Source of the DNA: Nitrospirales bacterium
GTDB lineage: Bacteria; Nitrospirota; Nitrospiria; Nitrospirales; UBA8639
Direction of reading: 5' to 3'
NCBI GenBank assembly: GCA_963555755.3
Contig: OY820905.2
Span: forward strand, 3,392,001 to 3,456,000
Length of the DNA stretch: 64,000 nt
The notes below the pieces were generated by a model. That model worked only from the letters and a program-made list of their open reading frames with translations. It searched no databases and was not told the origin of the DNA. Position numbers and translations under genes: made by a program. This document shows, one piece after another, positions 40,404-50,651 of this stretch (position 1 is its first letter; every line of letters starts with the position of its first letter).

Positions 40404-42173
40404 ATGGAGAGCAGCCAAGTGCGAGTGCTTCTTGTGAATCTGCGAGAAGAAGACTGCCTTTCCACAAAAAATTTATTATCAGATGCTCGAGATCAGCAGT
40501 TTGTCCTGGAATGGGTGTCGGGTTATGAGGACGCATTGGAGGCGATTCGACATCATGCGCATGATGTGTATTTGTTGGATTACGAGTTGGGCGAACGATC
40601 GGGCATCGATTTAATTCGAGAGGCCATGTACAACGGATGTAAGGCCCCGTTGATCATGCTCACGGATCAAGCTGATTACGGGGTTGATACCGAAGCCATC
40701 AAGGTCGGGGCCGCGGACTCATTGGTCAAAGACCAGATCAATTCGACATTGTTAGAACGGTCGATTCGTTATGCGATTGAACGCAAACGAACGGACGAGC
40801 GAATGGCATTTTTGGCCCAATATGATTCGCTGACAGGTTTGGCAAATCGAAGTCTCTTTAAGGAACTTCTGGCTCTGGCCCTGGCTCGCGCCGAACGCAA
40901 TGGAAAACATGTGGCGCTCATGTTTCTTGACCTGGACCGGTTCAAGATTATTAATGACTCATTGGGCCATGACGGCGGCGATCAGGTCTTAAAAGTTGTG
41001 GCGGAACGTCTCCGTTCCCGCATGCGGAAAAGCGATACGGTTGCCAGGTTGGGAGGCGATGAATTTACCGTCATTCTCGAAGGCATTGGGACTGTGCAAG
41101 ACGCCACGAATGTGGCGCAAGAACTGCTCCAAATCGTGGCACAGCCCATTATGGTTCAGGATCAGGAACTCTTTGTGACGCCAAGTATCGGCATTGCTAT
41201 TCATCCCCAATATGGGAAAGATTCTGACACGCTCATTAAAAATGCGGATATGGCCATGTATCGGGCCAAGCGTCAAGGCCGAAATACCTATCGGTTTTAT
41301 ACCACCACGATGGAATCAAACGGCAAAGCTTCGAAACATTTGGCCATGGAAACAAATTTGCGTCATGCGCTCGACCGTGAAGAATTTCTGCTGCACTATC
41401 AGCCGCTGATTGATCTGAAAAGTGGGCGAGTTATTTCGCTGGAAGCGTTGTTGCGGTGGTGTCATCCCGAACGTGGGCTCATTCATCCCTTGGAATTCAT
41501 TCCCCTGGCAGAGGAAAATGGCATGATCGTGCCGATGGGCGAATGGGTGCTGGCTACGGCATGTCGGCAAAATAAAGAGTGGCAGGAAGCGGGGAATCCC
41601 TTATCGAGTGTCAGTGTTAATTTATCAGCCAGACAATTCCGGCAAAAATCGTTTGTCCGTACCGTGGAAAGCATCCTCGCCGAGAGTAACCTCGATCCTC
41701 AATTTCTGGAGCTCGAACTGACCGAAAGTCTTCTGTTTGAAAGCAATGGCGCATCGACGAACCGGTTGAAAGACCTCAAAGCCTTGGGCATTAAAATTTC
41801 CATTGACGATTTCGGAACAGGCTATTCCTCGCTCAGTTATTTAAAGTGTTTTCCGATCGACACCCTGAAAATTGACCGTTCCTTTGTCGGCGATATTCCT
41901 TCCAATGAAGGGGATTCGGCCATTGCCAGTGGGATGATTGCCTTAGCACACGGGTTGCACATGAAAGTCACGGCAGAAGGGGTCGAAACGCAAGCCCAGT
42001 TGGACTTTTTGCGTGAACAGGAATGTGATGCCATTCAAGGGTATCTCATGAGTCCCGCTGTGCCTCCGGAAGAGGTGACACCTTCTTTTCAAACGAGATG
42101 GTTAGAACCGGTCGAGGCGAGCGGATCGTTTTTGTGGAATTTTTCTTCACTCGCCAAGCGGTTGACCGGCTGA
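40404..42173 (+). CDS. REC-GGDEF-EAL diguanylate cyclase/phosphodiesterase
   Basis: Receiver LLDYEL; ARLGGDEF; EALLRW; IDDFGTGYSSL; start chosen after GGGGG RBS. Confidence 0.95.
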   Translation: MESSQVRVLLVNLREEDCLSTKNLLSDARDQQFVLEWVSGYEDALEAIRHHAHDVYLLDYELGERSGIDLIREAMYNGCKAPLIMLTDQADYGVDTEAIKVGAADSLVKDQINSTLLERSIRYAIERKRTDERMAFLAQYDSLTGLANRSLFKELLALALARAERNGKHVALMFLDLDRFKIINDSLGHDGGDQVLKVVAERLRSRMRKSDTVARLGGDEFTVILEGIGTVQDATNVAQELLQIVAQPIMVQDQELFVTPSIGIAIHPQYGKDSDTLIKNADMAMYRAKRQGRNTYRFYTTTMESNGKASKHLAMETNLRHALDREEFLLHYQPLIDLKSGRVISLEALLRWCHPERGLIHPLEFIPLAEENGMIVPMGEWVLATACRQNKEWQEAGNPLSSVSVNLSARQFRQKSFVRTVESILAESNLDPQFLELELTESLLFESNGASTNRLKDLKALGIKISIDDFGTGYSSLSYLKCFPIDTLKIDRSFVGDIPSNEGDSAIASGMIALAHGLHMKVTAEGVETQAQLDFLREQECDAIQGYLMSPAVPPEEVTPSFQTRWLEPVEASGSFLWNFSSLAKRLTG

Positions 42174-42251
42174 ATCAGGCTGTTTCTATCCTGTTTTTTG
42201 TAGGAGGGTATTCCTAACATACTTGCAATCTGCGAAGAGTAGCGAGAATTG

Positions 42252-42289
42252 AAGGCTCATGGTAAGGTGAGGACCATGAGCCTTTTTTT
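42252..42289 (+). terminator. Rho-independent terminator
   Basis: AAGGCTCATGGT/ACCATGAGCCTT stem followed by a T run. Confidence 0.75.
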
Positions 42290-42324
42290 GTGGCTCTAAT
42301 CGGGTTGACAGAGGTGGTTTTTTG

Positions 42325-42864
42325 ATGGGGAGTGAGGCCTCTAGAGCATTAACGATCACCGTGGAGCAAGGCAGTCTTCTGGATGTCGATACGCAGGTGA
42401 TTGTGAATGCAGCGAATAGTCACGGACTCATGGGAGGGGGCGTGGCGGGAGTCATTCGTCGCGTTGCCGGCTTTCAGGTTGAGGAAGAGGCTCGAAAGCA
42501 TGCCCCAATTCCTGTGGGAATGGCTGTGCTTACCTCCGGTGGGCGAACGAAATTCCGAGGTATCATTCATGCCCCGACCATGTCGGAACCAGCTATGCGG
42601 ATTCCTCCATACAATATAGGGGCTGCCACTCGGGCGGCGTTAGCTTTGGCTGATGAACAAGGTTTTCAATCCCTGGCCATTCCCGGTTTGGGCACTGGTG
42701 TCGGAAAAGTCTCCCCTCAGGAAGCCGCGCGTGAGATGATTCAAGAGATTCAACAATTCAATCCTGAAATTTTACAATCGGTCGTCTTGATCGATATTGA
42801 CCCGGTTATGGTGCAAGCGTGGCGGGATCTTTTATTTCAACAGGGTAACTCCTCAGGTGGATAG
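42325..42864 (+). CDS. Macro domain protein (ADP-ribose binding/hydrolase)
   Basis: IVNAANS..MGGGVAG, AIPGLGTGVG. Confidence 0.92.
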   Translation: MGSEASRALTITVEQGSLLDVDTQVIVNAANSHGLMGGGVAGVIRRVAGFQVEEEARKHAPIPVGMAVLTSGGRTKFRGIIHAPTMSEPAMRIPPYNIGAATRAALALADEQGFQSLAIPGLGTGVGKVSPQEAAREMIQEIQQFNPEILQSVVLIDIDPVMVQAWRDLLFQQGNSSGG

Positions 42865-42984
42865 TCTGAAGGCCGAAGGTGGGGGGTAATCATGCGTGAT
42901 CATACAAAACGTCAGGCATTATGAATGATAGCCTTCAGTCTTTAGCCTTCAGCCTAAATACCTGAGTAGTAAAAAGGAAAAGCC

Positions 42985-43833
42985 GTGCCGCTTGAAGACG
43001 AATTTTGTGACATTGTCAAAAAAGCCAGGTTAGGACTTGGGCAATCCCTCGAACATGTGACTCAACATACGAGCTTGTCCCTCAAAGATATAGAAAGCCT
43101 TGAAAAAGGTGCGCGTGCGCCTTCTGTAGAAGAAGTGGAGTCTTGTGCCAAGGCGTTGTCTTTGAAAACTGCGGCCTTACACGCTGTCGCCATAGAGCAA
43201 TGGGAACCGACTCCTTCGCCGGATTGGGTGGAGACCGCGGTCGTGACGGTCCGTGGGGATATTGGTGGCTATGAAGTCAAAGGCTATGTGGTTTTTGATT
43301 CCAGAACTAAGGACGCGGTCTTCATCGATACGGCCTACAATGCTGAAACCATGCTATCGGAAATCGCCAGCCGAGGCCTCAAGCTGGTTGGCGTGTGTTT
43401 GACACATGGGCATACTGATCATGCCGGAGGGTTAGATCGAATATTGAAGAAATGGCCCGTTCCCGTGTATCTGGGAAATGGCGATTATCCTTTGCTGCCT
43501 TGGAAACCAGATCAGGATCGTCTGGTGGTGTCCCATGACGGCCAGAAAATTTCTGTGGGGAATCTGACGGTCAGTTGTCTTGCGACACCTGGTCATACTC
43601 CTGGCGGTTTTTGTTTTCGCGTGGTTATTGGTGATGATGAATTGTGTTTTGTTGGTGATACGCTCTTTGCCGGTTCGATTGGACGATCGAATCCCTTTTC
43701 ACTGTATCCCGATCATTTGCAATCCGTGCGTGAGCGCGTGCTGCAACTTCCCAACGAGACGGTGTTACTTCCCGGTCATGGCCCCGCGACGACCGTTAAG
43801 GAAGAGATTGTGAATAATCCGTTTGGAACATAA
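42985..43833 (+). CDS. HTH-fused MBL-fold metallohydrolase
   Basis: N-terminal Xre-like HTH; THGHTDH, PGHT, GDTLF, PGHG. Confidence 0.9.
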   Translation: MPLEDEFCDIVKKARLGLGQSLEHVTQHTSLSLKDIESLEKGARAPSVEEVESCAKALSLKTAALHAVAIEQWEPTPSPDWVETAVVTVRGDIGGYEVKGYVVFDSRTKDAVFIDTAYNAETMLSEIASRGLKLVGVCLTHGHTDHAGGLDRILKKWPVPVYLGNGDYPLLPWKPDQDRLVVSHDGQKISVGNLTVSCLATPGHTPGGFCFRVVIGDDELCFVGDTLFAGSIGRSNPFSLYPDHLQSVRERVLQLPNETVLLPGHGPATTVKEEIVNNPFGT

Positions 43834-43860
43834 ACTGCTCGGCTAAGTCCCATTACTTTT

Positions 43861-44859
43861 ATGGACGATTTCAAACTTCCCCCTGCTCGACCCCCCGCTG
43901 GACCAGATAATCGGTTAGAACGCGATCCGAGAGAAGACGATCCGTCGGGAAAAAATGAATGGTCGCCAGAATGGGAGCATCATGTTCCTGAGGCACCAAG
44001 CCTTTTTTCTGTTCTATACCTGCCGATCATCCTTTTTCTCGTCACGGTTTTTACAACCCTCTGGGCTGGAGCCTATCAGATGAATACCAAACCCGTGACG
44101 GGCGCTTGGGATTTTTTAGTTCGGTATCCTGATCACTTGTTTCAGGGGTGGCCTTTTGCTGCGACGTTGTTGGGCATCTTGGTCACTCATGAATTCGGCC
44201 ATTTTTGGCTCGCGCGGATTCATCGAGTCCCGGCTTCGTTTCCCCTGTTCATCCCCGGGCCTCCCCAGTTCATTGGGACCTTTGGGGCCATTATTCGTAT
44301 GCGGTCGCCCATCATGAATCGCCGAGCTTTGTTTGATATCGGCGTGGCAGGTCCTATCGCAGGCTTTGTGGTTGCAGTCATCGCTCTCATTATTGGTTTG
44401 TCGATGTCCACCGTTATTCCGAAGCTCGGGTCGTATGGTCTGCAGTTGGGAGAGCCTCTGCTTCTTCAGTTTTTTGCTTGGATCATATTTGGTCCCATTC
44501 CCGATACCTACGATATTGTGTTGCACCCAGTCGGGTTTGCTGCCTGGTTTGGGCTCTTTGTGACCGCGTTAAACTTGATCCCTATCGGCCAGCTTGATGG
44601 GGGCCATGTGGCCTTTGCCCTGTTTGGTAAACGGCAACGAACACTAGCGTTTGCCATTCTCCCCATTTTAGTGGCGTTGGGAATTTGGGGCTGGCCCGGG
44701 TGGCTTCTGTGGGCAGGGTTGACGGGTTTAGTGGGGATTTCGCATCCACCAGTCAGGGATCCGACTACAGAGTTAGGTCGGGGTCGAGTGTGGGTGGGGT
44801 GGTTGGCGATTGCTATGTTTGTCCTGTGCTTTTCTCCAGTCCCATTCTATTTTGGCTAG
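43861..44859 (+). CDS. Site-2 protease (M50)
   Basis: HEFGH, AGP, NLIPIGQLDGGH. Confidence 0.93.
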   Translation: MDDFKLPPARPPAGPDNRLERDPREDDPSGKNEWSPEWEHHVPEAPSLFSVLYLPIILFLVTVFTTLWAGAYQMNTKPVTGAWDFLVRYPDHLFQGWPFAATLLGILVTHEFGHFWLARIHRVPASFPLFIPGPPQFIGTFGAIIRMRSPIMNRRALFDIGVAGPIAGFVVAVIALIIGLSMSTVIPKLGSYGLQLGEPLLLQFFAWIIFGPIPDTYDIVLHPVGFAAWFGLFVTALNLIPIGQLDGGHVAFALFGKRQRTLAFAILPILVALGIWGWPGWLLWAGLTGLVGISHPPVRDPTTELGRGRVWVGWLAIAMFVLCFSPVPFYFG

Positions 44860-44942
44860 GTGCCTGTTCCAGCCCATCCTCGTGACGATCGTCACTCTCG
44901 GCAAGGCTCCTGGTCAGCATTCGTTTTTCGCAAAGGTACACC

Positions 44943-46322
44943 ATGACAAAACGGAACAACCAATTGGAATCCTATATTCGATCGGTCCGGCCTCAATTTG
45001 AAGATCTGTTAGCGCAGATGGTGGAAACGCCGTCGATCAGTTCTGATCCTGAGCGGGTGAAGGATATTCATCGAGCGGCAAAATTGGGAAAGGAATATCT
45101 CGAAAGTTTTGGGGCGAAGGCTTGCATCATCAAAACAGGTGGCTACCCGGCTGTGTCAGGTGGCTGGCAGATTGGCAAGCAGTATCCGACTCTGACGATT
45201 TATAACCATTTGGATGTGCAGCCGGCGCAAGAACCTGAGTGGCGACAGGAACCCTTTCAGTTTCGCAAGGAAGGCAATCGATACCGTGGGCGAGGGACGA
45301 CGGATGATAAAGGTCCGGCCCTGACTGCACTTCTAGCGGCTAACTATGCGGTTCAGCAGGGAGTGCCCTTAAACATTCAGTTTTTATGGGAGCTGGAAGA
45401 GGAAATTGGGAGTCCCAACTTTCAAGATGCCTTGGATCAGAAAAAACTTGTGGCTCGACCTGACTCCGTATTGATTTCAGATACGATTTGGGTCTCCCGA
45501 CAAAAGCCAGCTATTCCCACCGGGCTTCGTGGATTACTCTCTGCTCAATTGTCCTTGCGAACGGGGACCACGGATGTGCATTCAGGATTAACGGGGGGAG
45601 GCGCGCGCAATCCCTTGGCTGAGTTATGTGATGCAGCTCATGCCTGCGCGGACGCTCGAACGGGGCGAGTGAAAATTCCTGGATTTTATGATGACGTGGT
45701 CCCACCTTCATCCAAAGAGATGAAAGAATTTTTATCGTCGGGATTCGAGGTGAGCCGTTTCAAAAAGGCCTTTGGGTTTCGTGCCATTCGAACCGAAGAT
45801 TGCGCAAAACTGATTAAACGTATTTGGGCCGCTCCCACATTTGAAGTGCATGGCTTGGTTGGTGGGTATAGCGGTCCTGGTGTGAAAACCGTAGTGCCGC
45901 CTTCGGGCCAACTCAAAATCAGTATGCGGCTCGTGCCAAACCAAGACCCGAAAAAAATATTTTCCCAACTCAAAACTTTTCTGAAAAAACATAACCCCGA
46001 TATTCGTCTGGAATGCGATGGGCAACTCGAGCCGTTTCAAGGCGTGACCGGCGGTCCCTATGCGGACGCCTTGTGTAAAGCTGTAGAGGTTGGGTTTGGA
46101 AAAACGCCGTCCTTTATTCGGGAAGGTGGGTCGATTGGTGCGGTGTCACTCATGGAGCGAGCTTGGAAGGTGCCGATTCTGTTTATGGGTCTCAGCCTCC
46201 CCGAGCATGGCTATCATGCACCGAATGAATTCTTCGATTGGGGCCAAGCGTCAGGCGGCATGCGGGCGTTTGTGGAATATTTTTCTCAAGTCGCGCAGAT
46301 GAAAAAAATCTCAAGGGATTGA
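44943..46322 (+). CDS. M20/M25/M40 family metallopeptidase
   Basis: HLDVQP, GRGTTDDKG, EEEIGS, HAPNE. Confidence 0.93.
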   Translation: MTKRNNQLESYIRSVRPQFEDLLAQMVETPSISSDPERVKDIHRAAKLGKEYLESFGAKACIIKTGGYPAVSGGWQIGKQYPTLTIYNHLDVQPAQEPEWRQEPFQFRKEGNRYRGRGTTDDKGPALTALLAANYAVQQGVPLNIQFLWELEEEIGSPNFQDALDQKKLVARPDSVLISDTIWVSRQKPAIPTGLRGLLSAQLSLRTGTTDVHSGLTGGGARNPLAELCDAAHACADARTGRVKIPGFYDDVVPPSSKEMKEFLSSGFEVSRFKKAFGFRAIRTEDCAKLIKRIWAAPTFEVHGLVGGYSGPGVKTVVPPSGQLKISMRLVPNQDPKKIFSQLKTFLKKHNPDIRLECDGQLEPFQGVTGGPYADALCKAVEVGFGKTPSFIREGGSIGAVSLMERAWKVPILFMGLSLPEHGYHAPNEFFDWGQASGGMRAFVEYFSQVAQMKKISRD

Positions 46323-46337
46323 AGAGGGGGAGAAACC

Positions 46338-46757
46338 ATGAATAAGAAAAAGACTTTGATCGTGACAACTTCGATATTTATTTTGTCTCTCTTCATCAAT
46401 CCAGCTCTGGCCGGGTATTGGTGGTGGAGTGGTAGTTCGGCGTGGAAAGATACCTCTTGGTCCACTGTGACAATTTTTTGGAGTCATCATGATATGAATG
46501 ATGTCTCAAAGTGGAAATTTTGTTGGAGACGTAAAAGTAATACCAGCAGTGGCAAAAATCCTTGCGATTACAAAACCGTCATCGTACATGATCCTCAAGC
46601 TTCAATTGACGTCAAATGGGACATCGTCTTTAAATTTCAGGTAGAAGGGTACAACACGAAAAAAGGAAAGTGGAAAACATACTCGACCACGATATCAAGG
46701 CCATGCTTCAATGCTCGTTGGTCAAATGCACAAGTTTCTACCTTATGTAATCCATGA
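46338..46757 (+). CDS. Secreted Trp/Lys-rich hypothetical protein
   Basis: Strong RBS, signal peptide ending ALA, four Cys in the mature part. Confidence 0.75.
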   Translation: MNKKKTLIVTTSIFILSLFINPALAGYWWWSGSSAWKDTSWSTVTIFWSHHDMNDVSKWKFCWRRKSNTSSGKNPCDYKTVIVHDPQASIDVKWDIVFKFQVEGYNTKKGKWKTYSTTISRPCFNARWSNAQVSTLCNP

Positions 46758-46833
46758 GGTAAGGACGGTGGTGTAGGGCAATTTCCAAATCAACTTCCAC
46801 TCGCCCACCAACATTACCCTGATTTTTAATTAT

Positions 46834-47086
46834 GCAGGGTTTCGCCCCTGCAGACGACCTCCTTTTGTTTCGGCAAAAGGAGGCATAACCATTCTTGCCT
46901 GTGCGCGTCCCTCCAGAGAATGGGCTAAAAACGTTCCCATTCTCTTCCAGGTCCCTCCGCTTCCGCCCCGAATAAGATGGCTCAGGAACTCGCGGAGCCT
47001 GTCCTGAGCCTTGTCGAAGGACTCAAACAGCCTTCGCCGAGAAGTCGATTCGGGACTCCAGTTCCGCCGCGCCCAACGCAGGGGAA
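46834..47086 (+). repeat. Repeat family F copy
   Basis: GCAGGGTTTCGCCCCTGC...TTTTGTTTCGGCAAAA...; inverted copies at 49189-49385 and 50465-50582, partial copy near 7235-7330. Confidence 0.85.
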
Positions 47087-47363
47087 AGGCAAAGACCTGA
47101 ATGACAATCGAAAAAAATGGTAAGGTGAGTTTACGGATTTGATAGAGGGATGCGTTAAAATGTAACAGAATACGACATTCTGTTATATGGTACTCCCTAT
47201 AAAGGTACTTTGGCAGTGAGACGTCACATGTCGGTGGCCTAGTGATACAATTTGTGAGGCGTCGTACGATTAACCGTCCGCTTTCGACCCAAAGCCGACA
47301 TTTTTTTTAACACGCTCAATATGAATGTACTATCTATCGTCCTAAACTGATAATGGAGTAGCT

Positions 47364-48386
47364 ATGCAACTGCTAAGTCCTACACCCGAAAGTGCAAGTC
47401 ATGTACTGCGAGCCGTCGCCACCGTCGCCCGCGCTGCAGATGGCGGGCTAAACCCAACTCACCGTGCAGTCATGGACACAGCCCAGCGGATGCTCTTGAA
47501 GACCGAACTCGATGTCGACGAGCTTGATGAGATCTCACCCGATTCGCTGGCGTCCCGGCTCACGGAACAACCAGAGATCAGCCGACAGGTCATCCGGGCC
47601 ATGGTCTTGATGAGCATGGCCGTCGGTCCACCAAATCCCGCCCAGGTCGAGCTAGTGCTACGATTCGCAGCTGCGCTGGGAGTCGATGAACCGGCAACTC
47701 GCACCATCCAGCATTTGACCGAGCACGATATGCTGTTGTTTCGCTTTGACATATTCCGCCGGGGAAACGCCGGTGACTATGTGCGCGAGCAGTATCGCTC
47801 CCACGGCGGTTTTGTCGGTGTTGCCAAGGCAATTCTCGGTGCTGCGGGCATCCTGCCCGATCCGAAGCTTGCGGCACAGTTCCGAGCCCTTAAGCAGCTG
47901 CCAACCGATACCCTTGGTCATACCTTATATCGTTTCTATACGGCAAAAGGATTCAGCTTTCCCGGTTCCGGTGAGAAACTGAGCTTGCCGCTCGGGGCAT
48001 TATTCCACGATCTCGGCCATATCCTCGGCGGCTACGACACCTCTGTGGAAGGCGAGATGCTTGTGGCTTCCTTCCAGGCAGGCTACCGGCGTACCGAGGA
48101 TGCGTTCTTCACCATATTGTTCGTCGTCGTTGTGCACAGCGCGGGGATAAACCTGACTCCCTTCGAGCTAACGGTACGACTCGGCAGACTCGGAGAGATG
48201 TCTGAGGATATGTTCATCGCAAATCAACGAGGCAGCTCCATGAACACTGATCTTGGCGACGCATGGGATTTCTTGCCGTGGCTGGAGCGGCCGTTGGAGG
48301 AGGCTCGCGAGGAGCTAGGAGTGCCACCGCTATCAAAGCCCCCGAAGTTAGGTGCGCTGGACCTAGGTCTTAACGATTCTACGTAG
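47364..48386 (+). CDS. Hypothetical protein with a Coq4-like metal-binding C-terminal motif
   Basis: LPTDTLGH..., HDLGHILGGYDT..EGE (HDxxH-x11-E pattern); GC-richer than its flanks. Confidence 0.65.
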   Translation: MQLLSPTPESASHVLRAVATVARAADGGLNPTHRAVMDTAQRMLLKTELDVDELDEISPDSLASRLTEQPEISRQVIRAMVLMSMAVGPPNPAQVELVLRFAAALGVDEPATRTIQHLTEHDMLLFRFDIFRRGNAGDYVREQYRSHGGFVGVAKAILGAAGILPDPKLAAQFRALKQLPTDTLGHTLYRFYTAKGFSFPGSGEKLSLPLGALFHDLGHILGGYDTSVEGEMLVASFQAGYRRTEDAFFTILFVVVVHSAGINLTPFELTVRLGRLGEMSEDMFIANQRGSSMNTDLGDAWDFLPWLERPLEEAREELGVPPLSKPPKLGALDLGLNDST

Positions 48387-48489
48387 CTACGTAAAGGCGT
48401 ATCGGATCAACTGCTTTTGGCCGTTTTGAGCCGTTTCGGCCAAGGGTAGAAGGCGACCCATATCCGACTTTTTCAGCTAAGTTGCAGAA

Positions 48490-48942
48490 ATGAAAATTAA
48501 ACCGCTTGCTGACCATAAGGAGGTATTACCCATCCTGACCGATTGGTACCTATCGGAGTGGGAACCGTACTATGGAGTTGATGGACCTGGAGATGCACAG
48601 GCAGATCTGGAGTCTCGCTGCAATTATGAAGAGATTCCCATTGGTCTGGTAGCTATCAAGGGAGACCAGGTGTGCGGAACGGTTGCGCTGGATCTCGATG
48701 CAGCCACTAATCTGACACCCTCAATAGTTGGCCTGCTGGTGGGCCGCGCTTATCGAAGAAGAGGCATCGCGGCCGCACTCTTAAAATCGGCTGAAGATCG
48801 CGCGCGCAGGCTTGGTTACAGTCGCGTCTACATGAGCACAACTATCCTGGGCGAGCTACTTAATCGTATGGGATGGGGTAAGTTGGGGGAAGTCGAGTTC
48901 ATGAATAATGAGCGGGGTTGGATTTATGTACGCGACTTTTGA
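48490..48942 (+). CDS. GNAT family N-acetyltransferase
   Basis: LLVGRAYRRRGIAAALL acetyl-CoA motif. Confidence 0.88.
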   Translation: MKIKPLADHKEVLPILTDWYLSEWEPYYGVDGPGDAQADLESRCNYEEIPIGLVAIKGDQVCGTVALDLDAATNLTPSIVGLLVGRAYRRRGIAAALLKSAEDRARRLGYSRVYMSTTILGELLNRMGWGKLGEVEFMNNERGWIYVRDF

Positions 48943-49188
48943 CAATTGACCCTCTCGAGTCCGCTTTTGGCCGAAACCGGACACAATTTGGAGTAATCAA
49001 GATGCATGTCTAACCCGTAAATACAACAGACCCCAAAAAGTAGACGTTGATCTCCAACTTTAGCGAAAATGTAACCGAATACCTGAAAAGGGGACGCTTC
49101 CCTTTCCCGGCCGCATGAATTTGTGGCAAGAAGGAGAATTGAGTTTGTAGGGCCCTCAGTTTTAAAAGTTGGTTTGTTTCTTGAGTGG

Positions 49189-49385
49189 TTCCCCGCCTTT
49201 GTGCGCGGCGGAGCTGGAGTACCGAATCGACTTCTCGGCGAAGGCTGTTTGAGCGGAGCGAGTTCCTGAGCCATCTTGATTCGGTACGGAGGCGGAGGAA
49301 CCCAGCAGGGCCGCGCACAGGTGGAAATGGTTTTGGTCACTTTTGCCGAAACAAAAGTGACTCGTCTGCAGGGGCGAAACCCTGC
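49189..49385 (-). repeat. Repeat family F copy
   Basis: Reverse-complement homologue of 46834-47086. Confidence 0.85.
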
Positions 49386-49452
49386 TAGAAATAATTCTTG
49401 CAAATAACCTTGTGCGTCGATTGTAGCCCCAGCTGCTGCTAGATTGCAGCAC

Positions 49453-49575
49453 CTATCGTTGCCTCACCAAAATTCGGATCGGTGTTCCTTCAAATCCAAA
49501 CATGTCGAGTAAACGGTTTTCGAGAAAACGCAGGTAGGTGGCGAGAACCTCAATGGTTTTCCCGACAAACAACGC
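49453..49575 (-). pseudogene. Diverged duplicate of the last 40 codons of der
   Basis: [40 protein letters not shown] vs der [40 protein letters not shown] (33/40 identical). Confidence 0.92.
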
Positions 49576-49654
49576 TGCAATGGATTCGACGGTTGGGGGA
49601 ATTGACAGATGTTACTTCTAGTGGTAGATTAAAGAAATATAGGATGAATCATCC

Positions 49655-49909
49655 ATGGCAATCAATATCAAAAATCCAAAAGCTGAGCTTTTAGCCAATC
49701 AACTGGCTAAAAAAACTGGAGAGACGATCACGGATGCGGTCATTCATGCGTTGGAAGATCGTTTGGAACGCGTTGAAGGGTGTCGAACTCGTCCTGATCT
49801 CGTCACAGAGATTCTGAACATTGCTACTCGCTGTAGCGCCTTGCCGGTTCTGGATTCCCGGACACCCGAGGAGATATTGGGCTATTCACACACCGGGTCA
49901 TTTTCCTAA
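49655..49909 (+). CDS. vapB: VapB antitoxin (Rv0623-like)
   Basis: MAINIKNP..LA..TGETITDAV..AL...EILGY; TTGACA-17-TAGATT promoter at 49602-49630. Confidence 0.9.
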   Translation: MAINIKNPKAELLANQLAKKTGETITDAVIHALEDRLERVEGCRTRPDLVTEILNIATRCSALPVLDSRTPEEILGYSHTGSFS

Positions 49910-49915
49910 ATTCAG

Positions 49916-50308
49916 ATGGTCATTGATTCTTCCGCATTGGTTGCCATATTGGTCAATGAACCCGAAGCCCGGGTGATGGCTGAGGCGGTGGCCGCAGATC
50001 CCAAGCGTTTGGTGAGTACCGTTTCGGTATTAGAAACAGGGATCGTGATTGAGGCGCGATATGGGCCCGCAGGGGGAAGGGAACTGGATTTACTGCTTCA
50101 TCGTTGTCGAATGGACGTGGTGCCGCTGACCTCCGAGCAAGTAGAGTTAGCTCGGGAGGCCTATCGGCAATTCGGAAAGGGAAGCCATGCAGCAGGGTTA
50201 AACTTAGGAGATTGTGCGGCCTACGCGTTAGCCCGGAGTACCGGTGAACCACTGCTCTTTAAAGGGAACGACTTTAGTCAGACCGACCTTCGTATCGTTT
50301 CCTATTAA
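49916..50308 (+). CDS. vapC: VapC PIN toxin
   Basis: MVIDSSALVAI, LNLGDC.AYALA, LLFKGNDF. Confidence 0.93.
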   Translation: MVIDSSALVAILVNEPEARVMAEAVAADPKRLVSTVSVLETGIVIEARYGPAGGRELDLLLHRCRMDVVPLTSEQVELAREAYRQFGKGSHAAGLNLGDCAAYALARSTGEPLLFKGNDFSQTDLRIVSY

Positions 50309-50464
50309 TACATTCTTTGCCGTCCTTCGTCCAATCAATAAACAAAAAGAAAACCAAACCTGGGTTCCCGATTACAAACGTCGGGAACGACAGCAGGGGT
50401 AATTGGTGGGCCATGCCTTTCCCATGTGTTTCTCGTGTTTGGAAAATCAGGTGTTCCTTTCGTC

Positions 50465-50582
50465 TCCCGCCTTTGTGCGCAGCGGAGGCGGAGGGACCCA
50501 GTAGGGCTGCGCACGGGCGAGAATGGTTTTGGGTCCTTTTGCCGAAACAAAAGGACCTCGTCACGCAGGGGCGAAACCCTGC
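50465..50582 (-). repeat. Repeat family F copy, internally deleted
   Basis: Aligns with both ends of 49189-49385. Confidence 0.8.
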
Positions 50583-50651
50583 TAAAAATCATTCTTGCAT
50601 ATAATCTAGTGCGTCAGTTTGACCCCAAACTGGCGCTTCTAGATTGCCAAC

